A DNA stretch of 64,000 bases. Source: Zygnema circumcarinatum SAG 698-1b. Taxonomy: Eukaryota; Plantae; Zygnematophyceae. The position numbers were made by a program, and so were the translations under genes. Every line of letters begins with the position of its first letter. Within the stretch, counting starts at the first letter, position 1. The notes beneath the pieces are model-generated. The model was not told the DNA's origin. It ran no database searches and was given only the letters and a program-made list of their open reading frames with translations. Of this stretch, positions 60,288 to 64,000 are shown piece after piece. The stretch is from the NCBI GenBank assembly GCA_037447605.1, contig CM074822.1:705492-769491 (forward strand). Direction: 5' to 3'.

Positions 60288-63200
60288 AGAGAGAGAGAGA
60301 GAGCGAGAGAGGGAGAGAGAGGCAGGGGGGGAGAGGGAGAAGGAGAGGGCGACAAAGAGTGAGAACGGGAGAGGAAGAGTTGGCGAGGTGGGGTGCGGAA
60401 AAAAAAGGAGTGGGAGAGAGAGAAAGAGATAGTGGGCGAGAGAGAAAGCGAGAGAGAGAAGGGGGGGGAACTTAAGAGAAAGGTAGCAGCATTGGCAGCA
60501 CCTGGGAGGGAGGCATCTCTTACAAACCATGTTTTCAGGATGGTCGAGTTTAAGTGACGGGGTTATATGGGTTAAGCCAGAAGCGGTTCTGAAATTATTG
60601 GGAGGGGGAGGGGAGGGGAGGGGGAGGGGGAAGGGGAGGGGAGGGAGGGGAGGGGGAGGGAGGGGAGGGGGAGGGGGAGGGGGAGGGAGGGGAGGGGGAG
60701 GGGGAGGGGAGGGGAGAGGAGGGAGGGGGAGGGGGAGGGGAGGGGGAGGGGGAGGGGGAGGGGAGGGAGGGGAGGGGGAGGGGGAGGGGAGGGGGAGGGG
60801 GAGGGGGAGGGGGAGGGGGAGGGGGAGGGGGAGGGGGAGGGGGAGGGGAGGGGGAGGGGGAGGGGGAGGGGGAGGGGGAGGGAGGGAGGGGAGGGGGAGG
60901 GAGGGAGGGGAGGGAGGGGAGGGGGAGGGGGAGGGAGGGGAGGGGAGGGGAGGGAGGGGGAGGGATGGGGAAGGGGATGCGGAAGGAGAGGGGAAGGGGT
61001 AGGAGAGGGGGAGGGGGAGGGGGGGGAGTGGAGGAGGTTACCTGAGGAAGGAGTGATCCAAGTAAAGTTGTAGTGAGGGCAGCGAGAGCTCCACCGGTAA
61101 TGCAATAACTGCATTTTTGCCAACAGTTCGCCTACAATATTAGCCCCTATTAAGGAAACCCACATGACCCCAAAAGCCAAAGTCCTGTCCTATCTTCAAT
61201 CAATTGGATATAAAAGGGAGAGGGAGGAAAGGGAGGGAGGAAGAGGGCGGGAGGCGATTTCTCACGCAGCCCAAGGCATATTGTGTGCATGGAACGCGCT
61301 TGAAATCGGAGTGTCTACGTCGAATTCCGCGGTAGGGACGAGGCCCACCAGCACTACTGCCACAGCGAGGTAGAGACTCCCACAGCAGGCGAGGGAGAGG
61401 CCAATGCCGAGAGGGAGGTCTCTCTGAGGCTTCTTCACCTGAAGACGAGTGGAATCCCCATTCAAGGATAAGGCAATGGGAGGAAAGTCAGATCAAAAGC
61501 ATAAAGAAGGGCTGTGTGCGAGGTGTATGCGGAATTTGGGGGAGGTGGGGGGGGGGGGAAGAGAGAGAGAGGAGGGGAGAGAGGGCCTCTCCGCAGAAGC
61601 AAGCAGACCAAAGTAAGGGGGGCCGGGTTAGAGGGAGAGGGAGAGAGAGAGGGTGAGGGAGTTGGGGGAGTGAGAGAGACAGAGAACCTCTCAGCAGAAG
61701 CAGGGGGGAGAGAGAGAGGGGACGAGAGGGAGAGAGGGAGAGAGGGAGAGAGGAAGAGAGTGAGATGGAGAGCGGAGAGAGGGAGAGAGGAAGAGGGCAA
61801 GGGAGAGAGGGAGCGAGATAATAACTCTCAGCAGAAGCAAGAAGAACTTTAGTATGGGGGGGCGGGGGGAGGAGAGGGAGAGAGGGAGAGGGCGAGAGAG
61901 GGCGAGAGAGAAGGGGGACCTCTTCTGCTGTGCTTGCCACCATGTCGAATCCTACATAGGAGAAGAAAACCATGGCTGACCCCCCCAGCAGGCCGTTCAC
62001 GCCAAAGGGAAGATACCTGCAAGCAAAGCATTGCATCAGATAAGCTCTATTATCAGTACTTGAACTATTCTATACTTTATGTATACATATTCCATGTTCC
62101 ATATTCTATACCATAATATTGTAAGTTCAATATATATCCGCAAGTCAAAACACATTCTCATAACGACTGTTATTCCAGATACAGAAAAAGAGACCAATAT
62201 TCAGGACAGCGACCGTTCTTTTTCCGGTTCTTTCAAAACCCCCAAACGTTCCGATCATAAAATAAGAGTTTCCGAAACGTCACATAGTTTTAGATACGTA
62301 GTTTTTTCCCTTTGTTTGCTCACCCTCCCGGCTGCTTGTATCCTTGCCAACCGGTAGCAAAGCCTGCATATGTGCCTGCTCCGACTACTATGAAGAGAAC
62401 CCCCACGTTCAATAAAGTCATGCAGGCCTGGAAAACGGCACTCTGCTCTCCCTCCCTCCCTCCCACCATCCCATACATCAACTATGAACTATCCCTTTTG
62501 CAAGCAAGCAAAACGTGGCTTAAAATCTTGAGATTACAGACTGAAGCTCACAAGGACGAAACTTAAAAGTGGTCGGAGGGAGAGAGTGGTGAGAGCGAGA
62601 GCGCAAGCGAGCGAGAGCAAAAGGGAGACTGATAGTGAGAGCGAGAGTGAGAGTGAGGGTGAGAATGAGGGTGAGAGTGAGACTAAGAGATCAAGCGAGA
62701 GGAGCGAGAGGAGAGCGAGAGCGAGAGGAGAGCGAGAGCGAGCGGGAGAGGGAGGGCGAGACGGAGAGTGAGAAAGAGAGTAAGAGTGAGAGCGAAAGGG
62801 AGAGTGAAGCGAGAGCTTGTTGGAGAGTGAGAGTGAGAGAGAGAGAGGATCGTGTTGAAGCTAAGTTTAGACTCACCTCCTTTATGCCAAAGGAGAGAAG
62901 TAGAGTCACTACTACCACTGCTATGGCAGCCGTCGGATCAAGCACAATCCCAAGATGGGGAACGGGAATGCGAGCGAGACCGGGTGGGAGATTTATGCCT
63001 CCAAGCAACAGTTTCTGCAAAATTGTGAGAAAAAACGAGCTAGAAAGATGTGAAGAAAAGTGGGTGCAGTGCATTGAAACAATATTGAAAGTAAATCACT
63101 TTTGAAGAGGGATGACAGCGAGTTCTGTTTTGTTCTGTTGAGTTTTGTTTGTTCTGTTTCTGTTTCTGTTTTTGTTTCTGTTCTGTTTCTGTGTAAAGGG

Positions 63201-63411
63201 CAAAACATCAGAGTAAGGAGCTTTTGTCAATTTATATTTGAGCTAATGCAGAGAATAAAAGCAGATCGATCGGTCGAAGTGAGAGCAATTTGACTAACCA
63301 AGTTTGGTGAAATTCCGCGAGCAACAGCCGCACCTCCAACGGTGTATTCAAGAAGGAGTGCCCAACCGATCAGCCAAGCTATGCTGCATTACCCAGCCAG
63401 GCTTTGGCCAT

Positions 63412-63456
<45 letters not shown>

Positions 63457-63899
63457 TGAGAGAGAGAGGCACTCACATTGGCAGGAGACGACAGAGAGAG
63501 AGAGAGAGACTTAATCTTCAACCAAACATGACTCCAAAGAAACACATCCACCAATCATCCACTTTCCAGCTAAAAAAGCTACTGAAAAAATAGAGCCAGG
63601 ATTGTACTGTGAACGTGTCCATGTCCATGGAGGTAGAAATGTAGAGGGAGGGGATGAGAAGGAGAGGAGAGGAGAGAAAGAAGGCCCTCTCACTCACACT
63701 TCTCCCACTGTGGTGTAAGCATAGTGATATGCACTTCCTGCAGATGGACATCGACTGGAGAGCTCTGCATAGCAGAGAGCAGCGAGAGCAGCTGCAGAGC
63801 CGGCAATGATGAAAGCAATAGGGAGAGAAGGACCCGTCCTTTCCCTTGCAACTGTTCCAATAAGAACATACACTCCCGCACCAATCGTAGAGCCGACAC
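58620..63899 (-). CDS. Cationic amino acid transporter (APC/SLC7, plant CAT2-4-like), internal exons only
   Basis: [16 protein letters not shown]...GP.L..AF; [21 protein letters not shown]; [13 protein letters not shown]; YLPFG.NG...[12 protein letters not shown]; EEVK.PQRDLP.GI; [14 protein letters not shown]; [11 protein letters not shown]...VLILRY. The first exon lies beyond the window and the C-terminal exons are missing. Confidence 0.93.
59921..60060. repeat. Compound tetranucleotide microsatellite (TTAG)/(TTGG)/(TCAG)
   Basis: Direct reading; lies in a transporter intron. Confidence 0.93.
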
Positions 63900-64000
63900 C
63901 TGCACCCACCAAAAGGTGGTTGTTAAGAACATACATAGACAGGTTAGGCTTGAGGATGAATACGAACATGAAGGGTGGAGGGTTTAATGAAACCCTAAAA

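Overview
Eukaryotic nuclear DNA from a green-lineage organism. GT-AG spliceosomal introns, huge AG/CT microsatellites and a pTAC5 orthologue suggest a streptophyte alga or early-diverging plant (inference). From left to right: (1) a 10-exon GH13 alpha-amylase of bacterial type with a putative plastid transit peptide (minus); (2) a nested insertion, with a Ty1/copia LTR element (TSD CTTTT) inside a CRE-clade non-LTR retrotransposon, itself apparently inside the loop of an inverted repeat; (3) a soluble fumarate-reductase-type flavoprotein gene (plus); (4) pTAC5 (plus); (5) a METTL13 C-terminal/spermidine-synthase-like methyltransferase (minus); (6) a nested TIR element and a degenerate TTAGGG array; (7) three paralogous secreted G8/TMEM2-like genes ending in a bacterial-like jelly-roll module (A minus and B plus head-to-head, C minus), with a MULE-like foldback element between A and B; (8) a partial cationic amino-acid transporter (minus). 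A composite motif CCAAT-N9-(C/T)CAC(G/A), the ERSE geometry, occurs at least 17 times, always in non-coding DNA and often as convergent palindromic pairs. Three 100-N gaps hide parts of the G8 and transporter genes. All exon models were read by eye and no database searches were run.
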